Part shown: one piece after another, positions 1 through 11,599 of the stretch
How positions within the stretch are numbered: the first letter of the stretch is position 1
How the letters are laid out: the number at the start of each line of letters is the position of its first letter
Source of the DNA: Selaginella moellendorffii
Lineage: Eukaryota; Plantae; Lycopodiophyta
NCBI RefSeq assembly: GCF_000143415.4
Contig: NW_003314360.1
Location: 13,328 to 77,327 of the forward strand
Length of the DNA: 64,000 bases
Direction: 5' to 3'
Made by a program: the position numbers and the translations under genes
Notes under the pieces: generated by a model
The model's input: the letters and a program-made list of their open reading frames with translations, nothing else
What the model was told of the DNA's origin: nothing
Databases searched by the model: none

Positions 1-1099
1 AGTCCCTTTAATTCAATAACATGGTTATCAACCATCATAAGATTTAGTAGCTTATAGGGACAATATTTCAAATTATTAATGATAATCATTAATATAGAGC
101 TTGGATAAAGTGTATTAACATTTATTTTTGTGATGAACCTATCTACCATATTAACATTCCAATTAGCCATGTCTATATAAGGGTACCAATGTCAACAAAT
201 TTATCTTGGCTTACCAAAAGATTAATGCATAATTTTACTAAAATTTCACCTCTACCTCTACTTTAACTTGCTTTGTTATGGTTGAATGCAGACTTGAGTA
301 ATTTTTTGTCCAAAAGCAAAACTTTATTTATGACATTAAGCAATTTTGTTTTTGGGAGACTTGAGTAAGGATGACATTTGACAATATTATGGTGATGATC
401 TCACAACACTTATTTAGTACTCATGCACTCGGAATGACAGTATGATATAATTTAACAATTTAATCAATTTTATGTGTGCAATGTGGTGCAAAGTATGTCT
501 TTCCTTCACTTTATAAGGGCTTATTTTTATTGGTTTAGTTTATAGCCTTTAGTGAAGGTAAAGCAAAATGTATATAAACTTGTGCATCCGGAAAGAGTCA
601 GAAAGATGTTTTAGCTAAGCTTTTATAAATTGAGCATAATGTAAAGTCTTCAAAGTTGAAAAAAATATATATATTATAAATAATTGCAGACCAAAAGAGT
701 GACTAGAGACTATAGCCGAAATTTTTACTCACGAATGTAAGTTTCTTATCATAGGCTTCATTTTTCTCAATTATACATATATTACTTTTGTAGTGAATAA
801 AACTTAAAATGATGTAGATTCAAGAGGCTCTCTTTGCATGGAGCACAACTAGATGATATTGATCAGGCTCTATGTCAACAACACACTAATCATTATGGAG
901 AACATGGTTATTTCACTTGCTGTTAAGGAGTAGTTGTCTTCAAGATTTACTATGGTCAATATTGGACCAATCAAGTAATGCCTTGGCAGCCAAATTTGTC
1001 ATTGCAATGATGTCATGGACCTGTCTTAAGCTCATTATGTTTTTGATCTTTTGAATTATTTTCAAATGTAAAACACAAAGCTAATACTAACACCAACAA

Positions 1100-1665
1100 C
1101 TTCTAGCTACATCCTTGTAGCTCAACACATCAGAGGACCACCATGCTATGATGACTGGTGTTCCATACCAATAAGCCATTGGCAGCCTACTATACTTAAT
1201 AGTGTGCACACATCAAGATATCACATTCTTTGTGAGAATTGTCTCCTAGTTCATAGAGAATCCAAGTTGGGAACACTAGGTTGCTGTGAAAGGATTTTCC
1301 ACTACCTTATTAATATTGTCAACTATGGCTTTGTTTATGAAGTTCTAGAGGTAGAGTTCGATTGGAGCAGATATGTTGATGCTAACTTTGCTGGAGATCT
1401 AGATTTTTGCAAATCCACATTAGATTATTGTTTTAACTTGGGCTTTGCATTGATCATATGGTCCAATAAGAAACAGCACATCACCATACTAAAGTAGAGT
1501 GTGTGGTGCTGATAGCAATGACACAGGATGCTCTTTGGCTACACAAAAATCTCTTGTGAGAGATTATACCAATCTTCTGTGACAATGAGAGTGTTATTGC
1601 TCTCACAAAGGACATATGACATCACGGAAAGACAAAACTAGATAACATATTTGTAAGGGAACTTT
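1100..1665 (+). pseudogene. Ty1/Copia RT-RNase H remnant
   Basis: ORF 1204-1497 contains YVDANFAGDLDFCKSTLDYCFNLGFALIIWSNKKQ, matching the Copia RNase H motif YxDADWAGDxxxRRSTxGYxFxLGxxxISWxSKKQ. Downstream FCDNESVIAL motif is in a broken frame. Boundaries approximate. Confidence 0.8.
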
Positions 1666-1674
1666 TAATGTTTA

Positions 1675-3788
1675 TATTAGGCTTCAGCTTTGACCATGTG
1701 GTCAATGTTGGTCAAAGGAGGCTCAAGGGTATATTAAGGCATGTTAGGGTAAGGAACTAACAATGGAACTTTTGAGGTAGCTCAGGGGTGGTTGGGTGGT
1801 GAGGAACCTCAAAAGGAGGTGTAGTGTAGTCTATGAAGACTAGATTTTTGTCTTTTCGTGCCAGATCATAACATTGGTATCAGAGGGAAGTTGGTTACGA
1901 TGGCCAACCAAGCTGAACGCTGGAATCCTATTGTTAATGGTGGTGACGGAGCTATAAAGGTTTGGACCATTCAAGATGTTGTTCATGAGCTGTAAGCCCT
2001 TAACTGAAATCAACAAGAGATGCAAGATGAGATGCATGGCATGATGGATACCATGTGTGAGTGTGTTGAATCACTCGAGGCTGAACGTGGTAGCGTTCCA
2101 AGTAAGCCTTCTTTGGTAGATCAACTCAAGATTCCAACTTTTTCCAGTGATGGTGGTGTGAACGAGTGTCTCGCTTGGCTAGCCAATGTGAAAAAGTTCT
2201 TGGCTGCTAGAGGAACTCTAGATGCAAAGGTTTTAGTGGCTATTCCAATGGTTTTGTGTGATGCAGGTATTTGGTGGTGGAATTGGCTTAAAAATCCTAT
2301 GTTGCGGATAAAAAACCACCAAATGAGTTTGAGGTTGCTTTTCATCTATGTTTTGCCCCTTATTATGACATGAAGAATGCTCATATAGAACTTCAACATT
2401 TTCAGCAAGGAAAAATGACGCCCGAGAACTATATTAAGAAGTTTATTCACTTGATTAGTCATGTTTCCACAAAGGATCTAGATCAAAGCAAGTCCTACTT
2501 CATTAATGGCCTTCATAGTGAGAGTATGTGGCAACACTTATATCATTCTTAGTCTACAAAGAATTTGGAGGAGCTCTTTGATACAGCTCATCAACTTTAC
2601 AATGACAAGCACAAATCTTGCAAGCATTCGAGGAGTTCTTCTGTCAAGAATCGTCATGATGATTATCATGGACACAAGGATGGAAACAAGCATCACAAGC
2701 TAAAGTTTTTGGTGGTTACTTTGGATGCAAAGGGGTCAAAGAAGCAGAAGTTCTTTGTGAAGAATTATAAACAGGGTTGTCATTATTGTGGTGAGCTCAG
2801 ACATTACAAGGCTGATTATCCACAGTTGAAAAACAAGCAACAGAGCAAGAAGAATGGTCAATCTTCTACTGACGGTAAGTTAGATATTAAAAAGTTGCAA
2901 ACTTTGCAATATAAAGATAATGGGGATGATCATTTTAGTCGAAGGAAGAGGCTTTCGATCATTGCTCATCAACTCAATTGTGTTTGGAACAGGATGGAGC
3001 CCGAGGACACTCGTGAATCAATTTTAATGCTGAGTGGCTGTCAAGTGTGGATTTTACTAGATAGCAGGAGCGATGACAACTTTGTTTCGACAAAGTTTGT
3101 TGCAGAGCATGGCTTGGTGACACAAAGAGTTCTTCCATATACAGTGGAAGGTGTAGCTACCTTTGCTCAGCATTTCAATGCTTGTGTAGTGGGGCTGGAA
3201 ATGTTGGTTGGCAAAACCACACTTCTGGAGACTTTTTATCTTGCGGATATTATTATCAATAAAAATATATTAAGTTTAATAAAAGTTTGTATATGTTTTT
3301 ATCAATTTTTACCACTTTCAAAATATTTCTACCACTATTTATAACATTCTTGATATTTGTTGTAAAAGTTAGAACAATTGACATATTGGAAAGCTCTTTA
3401 TAAAGACAACCACTAATTAAGATAGAAATTTTATAGAGTCAAATATCCAAAGCTTTTTTTGGGGATTTTTGGGATGCCATGGTTGGTGAAGGTGGATCTG
3501 GAGGTAAAGTGGAGTATTAAACGTGTCTTGCTGGAGTACAGTGGTGTTAAAGATGTGTGGTTTGGAGAGGGAATTTAACCTCCAGTTATTATGCTCTCTA
3601 CTACATCTTTAGAGTGGGTTTGTCATAATGGAAAACCACTTTCGAATTACTTATTATTTGTTCGTGACTTGGGGGACCAAGGCACGTGTGGGTGAGAAGC
3701 AACAATATGGAATATACTTGACGAGTTTATTGATGTTTTTCCATCCTCATGGGTTGCCTCCATTATGAGGTGTGGAACATGGGATTAC
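1675..3788 (+). mobile_element. Truncated Ty3/Gypsy element (short-LTR family Y): 5' LTR 1675-1873, PBS, degenerate gag and protease, start of RT
   Basis: LTR ends in ATAACA followed by tRNA-iMet PBS TGGTATCAGAG (1875-1885). Same LTR at 15009-15241 and 52206-52438. ORFs 2020-3344 carry a decayed zinc knuckle (CHYCGELRHYKAD) and a protease motif (ILLDSRSDDNFVS). Confidence 0.85.
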
Positions 3789-5863
3789 ATTCGTTTGGTT
3801 AAACCTCTCAACCACACCATTCTGCTGTGGTGTATAAACAACTATGTACTGATGAGAAATTCCTGCCTCAGCTAGGAATTGGAGAAATCCTTGTGCAATG
3901 TATTCTCCTCCTCCATCTGTGCGTAGCACATGGATTTTTCTTCCTGTAAAATTTTCTGCCCAGCTTTTGAAAATTTTAAAGTTTTCAAAAACTTCGGATT
4001 TGTTTCCTACCAAACACACCACTGTGTATCGTGAGTGATCATCTATGAATGAAACAAAATACCTCTTTCCACTTAGGAAATTTACAGGAAGATAGCAAAC
4101 ATCTCTGTGAATAAAATCAAGCACTACTGTGGCCTGGTTTTCCAAGGGTCGGGGAGGAAAAGGATGGCGTGCATGTTTGCCAAATTGGCAAGTATTGCAA
4201 AGTCCCAGATGTCCAGATGGAAATGCGATGCCATCAGCTAGCTTGCTGTGAGCAAGGTTCTGGAGATCCTTCTCATTTACATGCCCGAGACGAGCATGCC
4301 AAAGATGAATTGTCTCTTGGCCTTGAAGTGCTAGCATGTATGTCCCTGGATAAACAAGCTCTGCGTTGAGGCGATAGAGTGTATCGTACCTCACTCCAGT
4401 TGCCACAGTGGTGCCATCTGCTCCAAAAACAGTACATCCTTCTGCAAAGAATGTGATTGAGAACCCTTGATCGGAGGCGACGCCAACCGAAAGGACAGTC
4501 TGGCCTGCACCGGGCACATAGTGCATGTTATGGATTTCCTTGAGAGATCCATTGGGCAACTTCACTTGCACCATGCCACGGCCTTCAACGTCGAGAAGCC
4601 GCTTGTCTCCAACAAAGACTTGGTTTGGGGAAAGCAATTCGTGGAAAGTGTGGAATGCTGTACGAAGAGGAGTCATGTGGTAAGAAGCACCACTGTCCAA
4701 CCAGAGGACGTCTAAACCAGACACCGGTGACGAGGCCACGGCCATCATCAGCAACGAGTCTGTTTGAGTTAGCATCCGTTGGGTGTTTGCTTTCTTAGCT
4801 CGACATTCTTGCTCTATGTGCCCCATCTTCCCGCAGTAGGTACACGGCCCCTTCTTTTTCTTGTTTCCATTTGTGGTGGAGCCAGGTGTTGGTGTCGCAG
4901 GAGCACTGGCAAATCCGCGAGAATTCCCACGCTTCTTGGCATTTCCATTTCCTGACTTCTTGCTGATGAACAAAGCCTGATCACGAGCAGAATCTGAGGA
5001 GGTCGTGCCTGCTTTTCGCTCCAGAAGCTTGCGCTCTTCTTCCAAGAGATTGGAATAGATCGTCTAGGGTCTTTCCTGGAACGAAGGAGAACATGGAGGA
5101 AGACGGTTGGAGTTCAGAAGAAACCGAATAGAGAAGGAAAGCTTTGGCATAATCGTCCGAGACAGGCGCGCCAGCCTCCTTAAGCTCTTGCATCATCCCC
5201 TTAAGCTTGCCAATGTACGATGCCATCGTGTCTGTTGGCTGCATCCGGAGAGAAAGGAACTTCTGGGTTAAGGACGATCATGGCATTTGCTGCTTTCGCA
5301 GCAAACACCTGCACCAAGGACTACCAATTCTCGTGAGCGGTCTTCGAGAGATCCAGCAGATGGATGAACTCGTCGCCGAGTCCTAAGCCAAGCGGGCTCT
5401 TCTATTCTTGGCTTTCCACACTGGCTGGAGAGCGGGCTCAGCTGGTTCAGCTTCGGTGCCGTCCACGATTGTCCAGCAATCGTTTGCCATCAAGATGAGC
5501 TGGACCTTTGTTCTCCAGGTTGCGAAGTTTTCTCCTGTGAATTTGTGTAGTAGTTTCTCCCAGCTTGGGGTTACAGCAGCGGAAGAAGATGCCATCTAAA
5601 GTTAGCGCTAGAAACAGAAATTTTATTGACGGGAGTGAGACGCGGGGAAAGTGCACACGCGCCTACACTGTGGGCAAAGCTGCTCGTGGCGTTTCGGAGA
5701 AGCATTTAGAACGAGATACCGCTGGGACTGTTATTTGGAACTCCGCTCCAAGTCATGGTCACTCCCGAAGAGGTACTATTAGGCTGATTGATAAACATAA
5801 GTACGGAGATTCCAGCATTGATCCAAAGGTATAATAAGCATGCCTGATGAGTGAGGCGCAACA
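3789..5863 (-). mobile_element. 3'-truncated Ty1/Copia element: probable 135-bp 5' LTR (5729-5863), gag, protease, GAG-pre-integrase, integrase core
   Basis: Gag start KFTGENFATWRTKVQLIL; CTYCGKMGHIEQEC knuckle; WLDSGASYHM protease; LWHARLGH; integrase FIDDHSRY, LRTDGGGEY, TPQQNGVVER. Stops and frameshifts in gag; RT absent. Candidate LTR bounded by TGTT...AACA. Confidence 0.9.
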
Positions 5864-5886
5864 GAAATACGTCTCTACCGTCGTCG

Positions 5887-5986
5887 NNNNNNNNNNNNNN
5901 NNNNNNNNNNNNNNNNNNNNNNNNNNNNNNNNNNNNNNNNNNNNNNNNNNNNNNNNNNNNNNNNNNNNNNNNNNNNNNNNNNNNNN
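5887..5986. other. Assembly gap (100 N)
   Basis: Run of N. Confidence 1.
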
Positions 5987-6171
5987 TCATTGCCACGCTT
6001 TTCCTGGGCCGTTCACTTTACTGGTTTGCCGTCAAAATGGTCCAAACTCAAGAGTAAACTGATGTAGAAGGAAGTTTAGCTTTTCTTTTGAAAAATGTTT
6101 CAAATTGAAAATAAAAGCTCCTCATTCAAAAATAAACGCAGGCCAAAACTTTGAAAGAAAATTAATGTAAC

Positions 6172-7567
6172 TCAAGGATGAGACTTGATAAACTCCTCAC
6201 TAAAAGTCCACAGCTCTGCAGCCAACTTCATGTCCTTGGCATGAGGGGTGCAATCCGCTTCGTTGCAATCCAAGTAGTACTTTCCACTCACGCCCTCCAT
6301 GCAAGGATGGACCGCAAGAAGCATGGTTGTAGCAGCGCCCTGAAAGAAATCACAGCTTTAATCCAGAAACGTAGGCTATGATATGTTTGTACCTGCGGGA
6401 TGGATTTGCAAAGTGGGCTCGCGAGGAAGAGAAGCAGCTCTGCACAGCAGCACAAGTTGATCAATCTCAATTCTTTTCAGATACTGTTTCATGAACTTAC
6501 TAGCTGAAGTCTGATTGAAATCTCTTCCAAGTTTCGTCTTGATAGTTCCAGGATGAAGTGAATTTACAGTCACGTTGGCACCCTTCTCCTGAAATGGAAG
6601 ATCATCAAAATTATGTCTGGGAAAACTCGAGCACAAAAACTTTGAATCTATGGGCACCTTCAAGCGGCTTGCTAACTCCCTGGTATGCAGTATGTTGGCC
6701 AGTTTGGATCTTCCGTAGCTAGTAATCCATTGGAAGCTGCACGACGAGAGTTAAAGAAAGTTCATTGGAAGATTGCAAGGAAAACCGAAATGCTTCCTCC
6801 TAATTGTCAATGAAAAAACTGACCTGTTCTTATCATTCAGCTTGTCAAACTCAATCCCGCCTTTTGGAACATATCTGTGACCTTCAGACGCCACCATGAC
6901 AATCCGACCTTGCACTCCAGTTTGAGATGCAGTCTGGATCATCTTGTCCAACAGCAGCTCAGTGAGCAAAAACGGACCTGGATCATCATCCAAAGAGTGA
7001 AGGTTTTTCTAACAGACAAAACTTGAACACCATACCCATATGGTTTGTCGCGAAATCGAGCTCCAAGCCATCCGGTGAGAGCTGGAAGTTATTGGCCGTC
7101 ATCCCAGCATTGTTTCTGCATTGATCCATGCATTTTGATCAGAAACACTAACAGGAGTGACTCACATGAGGATGTGGAGCGGGAGATTTAGAGCCTTGAA
7201 GTCGTCGACAAATTTCCTGACCGACTTGAGGGAGCTCAGATCCAGCTCAAGGACAGTGACCCTTGCATTAGGGAATTCGCGTTGGATCTTGGACTTGGCT
7301 GCTTCAGCGTTCTGTAGCTTCCTGGCTGGGATAACAACGTGCGCACCGTGCTTGGCGAGAACTCTGGCAGTCTCAAACCCAATTCCGGAGGTAGCCCCTG
7401 TAGCTTGATGATAAGAAATCGAAGCAAACTATCGATGGAATTGGCATACCTGTGACGATTACCACTTTGGATTCCAGAGAAATCCCCTTTGCAACTTTCT
7501 CGGCTGTAGCTCCCGATCCAAAGCCTGTAGCGCCGCGGTATCCTGTGAAGTAGCTTATCACGCCCAT
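6172..7567 (-). CDS. Short-chain dehydrogenase/reductase, TIC32/retinol dehydrogenase-like, multi-exon
   Basis: [26 protein letters not shown]-terminus; Rossmann motif [11 protein letters not shown] split by an intron; NNAG; catalytic YGRSK; [11 protein letters not shown]; ends [14 protein letters not shown]. About 8 exons with short GT-AG introns. Confidence 0.9.
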
Positions 7568-8059
7568 GATTCCTGGATTGCTTGCAAAGACTTGTGACTT
7601 TGATCCCGAGACGGCTGCTTAAATACATTCCTGGCCAGCTTGACCGACGCGCAAATGTGACATCCACGAAAGCGCTTAGAGAAGATTCTGAAACATTCGG
7701 TCAATTTGGAATGGCGGTTGATTACAAGGTATTATCAATCAATAACCATGACGATTCATTGCTCAAACAACACGTCGACTGACGTACATAATGTCCATGC
7801 ATGACCTTTGTTCACCGCGCAAACGCCACTTTGATATCTCAGCGTGTGAAAAGTCGCCTGGGCGCCATTGCTCGAATTTTCAGCCCTCTAAAGAACATGT
7901 CAATGTCAAACCCAGCGAGCGAATGAAAACCGCGGCTTCCAACTGATATATAAATGGTTGCTTGCTGTGCCGAAGTCATTGACAAAGCTACATCTCGAGA
8001 TCGATCAGCAAAAGAAAGCACAGCTCTCTTTCTCTCAGCCCTGTAAAGGTTCTTCAAGG

Positions 8060-9736
8060 ATGATAGCGATACTATCGATATTCTTGGTCGTTCTATTTGC
8101 TCCCGGCCATGTCCACTCCAAGTGTATAGCGGGCGAGCTGTGCTGGCCAGACGCACAGACCTGGGCATCCTTCAATCGCTCCGTGGGAGGGAGAATGATC
8201 AGCGTGGCCCCTCCAGCATCGCCATGCCATGATCCAAACTACGACGAGCGAGCCTGCAACGCCGTGAGGAGCGGCGGGAACAGTCCGTTCTGGAGGACTG
8301 ATCAACCGGGTGCGCTGCAACGGACGAGCTGGGAATCGTTTGGGGAGCAGCGCTGCCTGATCTCCTCCAACAGGACCGCCGCTTGCTTCCAGGGCGCGGT
8401 CCCGGTCTACGCGGTCAACGTTACTCGGGCGGTCCACGTCCAAGAGGCCGTCAAGTTTGCGTCCCGGCACGACTTGCGCATCGTGATACGAAACACGGGG
8501 CATGACTTCCTCGGGCGGAGCACGGCGGTGGGAGCTCTCAGCATTTGGGTGCACCACCTCCAGAAGATCCAGTTCCACGAGAGCTTCAAATGCAGCCGTG
8601 GTAGCGACCGTGGCTACTCGGCAGTGACGGTGGGAGCTGGAATTCAGTGGGAGGAGCTCTATCGGCAAGCGTATCAACGAAAGATGATCCTGGCTGGCGG
8701 GGGATGTTCCTCGGTTGGAGCAGCTGGCGGATACCCTCAAGGTGGCGGCCAAAGTTTCCTTTCCCCGCTAATCGGCTTGAGCGCCGATAACGTTCTCGAG
8801 TACGAGGTGGTGACCGCGGATGGTAGGCTTGTCAAAGCAAATGCATGCCAAAACACGGACTTGTTCTGGGCTCTCCGGGGTGGCGGAGGAGGAACATTCG
8901 GAGTTGTGCTCTCGGTGACGCACAGGACTTTTCCAGCTCTTGACAGCCTCGTCTTCGCTCCTCACAACTTCAACGCCCCCGATACCACCACCTTTCAGGG
9001 GCTGCTCACTCTGTTTACAAGGTTGAATCCCTCTCTGTCCGATGCCGGCTGGTCTGGCTACTTTTTCTCGACGAGCCAGAGCCTGACGCTAACGTTCCTG
9101 CTGCCCAACCGGAACGTCTCGTATGCTTCCACCACCTTGGCCCCGCTGCTATCGTACGCGCGGGAGAACAACATCCGGATCGACGGGAGCTTGGAGACGT
9201 ATGCCTCGTACTGGGACTGGCACTTGCAGTTTCAGTGTGGAGGGCAGGAATCGTGCTTGGGCCTCAACAACTTGGGAGTCTCGGATGTCTTCGCAACGAG
9301 GCTGATCCCGAGATCGCTCTTCAACCACGAACAAGACCTCCTCCCAAAGGCCATGATGCACATCATGACCGAGCTGCAAGTTCCAGCTACGTATGCGATC
9401 CTGGGGGGCGGAAAAGTGCGAGAACCCCAAGACAGCGCTGTGAATCCGGCGTATCGCGACGGACTGTGGCTGCTCGTATCGCCCCTGACTTGGCGGGACA
9501 ATGCGACGGTGGCGGAGATGAGGGCTGCTGCGAATCTAGTGTCGCAGGCGAACAAGCTCTTCATCGATCTCACGCCGGGCTCCGGGACTTACGTGAACGA
9601 GGCCGATTACAACGAGCCCAATTGGCAGCAATCCTTCTTTGGGAAGAACTATCCTCGCCTGTACCACATCAAGCGCAGGGTCGATCCTACCAATCTCTTT
9701 ACGTGCCATCACTGCGTGGGTAGCGAATTCAACTGA
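8060..9736 (+). CDS. Secreted FAD-linked oxidoreductase, berberine bridge enzyme-like (VAO/PCMH fold), fungal-type sequence
   Basis: Intronless 558-aa ORF from ATG 8060 with signal peptide MIAILSIFLVVLFAPGHVHS. RNTGHDFLGRS (flavinylated His), GGCSSVG (Cys), DLFWALRGGGGGTFGVV and C-terminal BBE domain YVNEAD...FFGKNYPRLYHIKRRVDP. Confidence 0.93.
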   Translation: MIAILSIFLVVLFAPGHVHSKCIAGELCWPDAQTWASFNRSVGGRMISVAPPASPCHDPNYDERACNAVRSGGNSPFWRTDQPGALQRTSWESFGEQRCLISSNRTAACFQGAVPVYAVNVTRAVHVQEAVKFASRHDLRIVIRNTGHDFLGRSTAVGALSIWVHHLQKIQFHESFKCSRGSDRGYSAVTVGAGIQWEELYRQAYQRKMILAGGGCSSVGAAGGYPQGGGQSFLSPLIGLSADNVLEYEVVTADGRLVKANACQNTDLFWALRGGGGGTFGVVLSVTHRTFPALDSLVFAPHNFNAPDTTTFQGLLTLFTRLNPSLSDAGWSGYFFSTSQSLTLTFLLPNRNVSYASTTLAPLLSYARENNIRIDGSLETYASYWDWHLQFQCGGQESCLGLNNLGVSDVFATRLIPRSLFNHEQDLLPKAMMHIMTELQVPATYAILGGGKVREPQDSAVNPAYRDGLWLLVSPLTWRDNATVAEMRAAANLVSQANKLFIDLTPGSGTYVNEADYNEPNWQQSFFGKNYPRLYHIKRRVDPTNLFTCHHCVGSEFN

Positions 9737-9829
9737 GAATCCAGTGAAAAACATAGCGATTCCATACAAATGTTGAAATGTTACAGTAGCGATTCATTGA
9801 TTCAAAAATGAAAAGCTAGGGTTCTTGAG

Positions 9830-11370
9830 ATGGGGCTCCTTGGTTTCGTTCTTGGGCTCTGGATTGCCATTCTAGCAGCTGCCAAGACGGTGAAGCGAGA
9901 CGGTGAGTCGATCCTCTCCAGCTGCATTTTCGTCTTGCCAATTCCAGTCAAGGCATTGAACGAGCTCAAGGCAGCTGGAGGATGGAAGGTTATGTACGCT
10001 TGGAATGGGGAGGATCCCTGTGGGGATGGAGACGCGGCATTGTGGCCGGGAATCACTTGTTCCTCCCCAAATGACGATGGCTATCGAGTGGTCACGGAAT
10101 TGTGAGTTTTAATCGTCACTTTCTTCTTTCTTTCCAGGGAGCTCTTTCAAGTGTCGATCATTGGAACGTTCCCGATCGGTGTCACAAATTTGCTGGATCT
10201 CAGGAAACTGTGGGTTGGTCTGTGTTGATTTTCGTTTACTGAGTTCTTGCGTTCTTCTCTGGAAGGGACTTGCATGGCAACAAACTCACCGGACCGATTC
10301 CTCCTCAAATAGGACGGTTGGAGAAGCTTGTAACCCTGTAATGTTATTGCTAGCGGTCTGGCCGAAAAATTCTCGACTTATTTTGCTTTTTTCTTTGCAG
10401 GAACTTGAGATGGAGCAAGCTGCCTGTTGAGATTGGGCAGCTGAAGAAACTACAAAACTTGTGAGTAGAGTTTCGCTTCTGTTCTAAGTTCTTTTTTTCA
10501 TCGTGTCTGTCTGTCAGGTTTTTAAGTTTTAACAGCCTTAGAGGACCTATACCGAAGGACCTCACGTATCTGCAGGAGCTTCGATACGTGCATCTTCACG
10601 AGAACAAGCTTATCGGCCGGATCCCTCCGGAGTTTGGAGAACTTCCTTATCTCTGACAATTATAAGCTTCAGTTTTATCCATACAGACATATTTTCTTAT
10701 ATTATTCTCTCGCAGGGATGTCAGCAACAATCATCTTATGGGAACCATCAGAGAACTGCTAAGAAGCGAACAGAATCGTGCTCAAGAGGCATTTCCATCT
10801 CTACGAAATTTGTAAGCTTTTCTTCTTTTGTGCTTAGATTCTTAAGCTCGACGTCCCCGCAGGTACCTAAACAACAATTACCTCACCGGAGGAATACCAG
10901 CAGAACTTTCGTACTTGTGCAATCTAGAAGTTCGATGCTAGAGTTGTCCTTGCCTGCTGATTCCCTCCGTGGTTATGCAGGTACTTGTCTAACAACAAAC
11001 TTACAGGTCCGGTACCGGACGCACTCGCAAGCATCCCGAAGCTAACCTACCTGACGCCTCCATCAATTTTTCTCATGCAAAAGCTCTTTTTTCTCGTAGA
11101 TACCTGGATCACAATGCTTTGAATGGCCGACTATCGTCAGCCTTCTACAGCCATCCGAGCCTGAAAGAGATGTACGTTGGCTCTTTGGCTTGATCATCTA
11201 TGTAGTAGTATCCAAGCGTTTCTTTTTCCAGGTATATTGAAGGGAGCCAATTCAGCTCTTCCGCCAAACCAGTTGGTATACACAGGACAAGGCATCATCG
11301 TCCCACATGCTACAGTTACTATCGTATACTAGCAACAATGGAAGTATCCGACGCTGACTTCATTTTTTAG
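9830..11370 (+). pseudogene. Extracellular leucine-rich repeat protein gene (signal peptide, LRRNT, plant LRRs), apparently disabled
   Basis: LRRNT WNGEDPCG..WPGITCS; mostly 72-nt LRR exons; C-terminus MEVSDADFIF*. In-frame TGA at 10654-10656, GT>AT donor at 10662, and non-GT donors near 10932 and 11053. Confidence 0.85.
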
Positions 11371-11599
11371 AAGGCAAGAGTTTTATTCATACAATGTCTC
11401 GTCCATGATTAAGCTAGAAGAAATATTTTCAAGCAAAGGAAGCGCGCTTACTCTCAGGAGGCTACTCGCTAAATTAGTGTAAGGTGGATGACTTTACCTA
11501 AGCAAGAATGTCAAGGAATTCATTTTTTTTAAATGAAATTTTTTTAAGTTTTCTAAATTTTCTAAATTTTCAAAGCTAAAAGCATTGAACATGGATCAT

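Noticed and set aside
1-1100. AT-rich leading region
   Set aside because: No ORF, repeat or motif that I could support.
7958-8059. N-terminal extension of the oxidase in the ORF track
   Set aside because: Starts at TTG; ATG 8060 gives a clean signal peptide.
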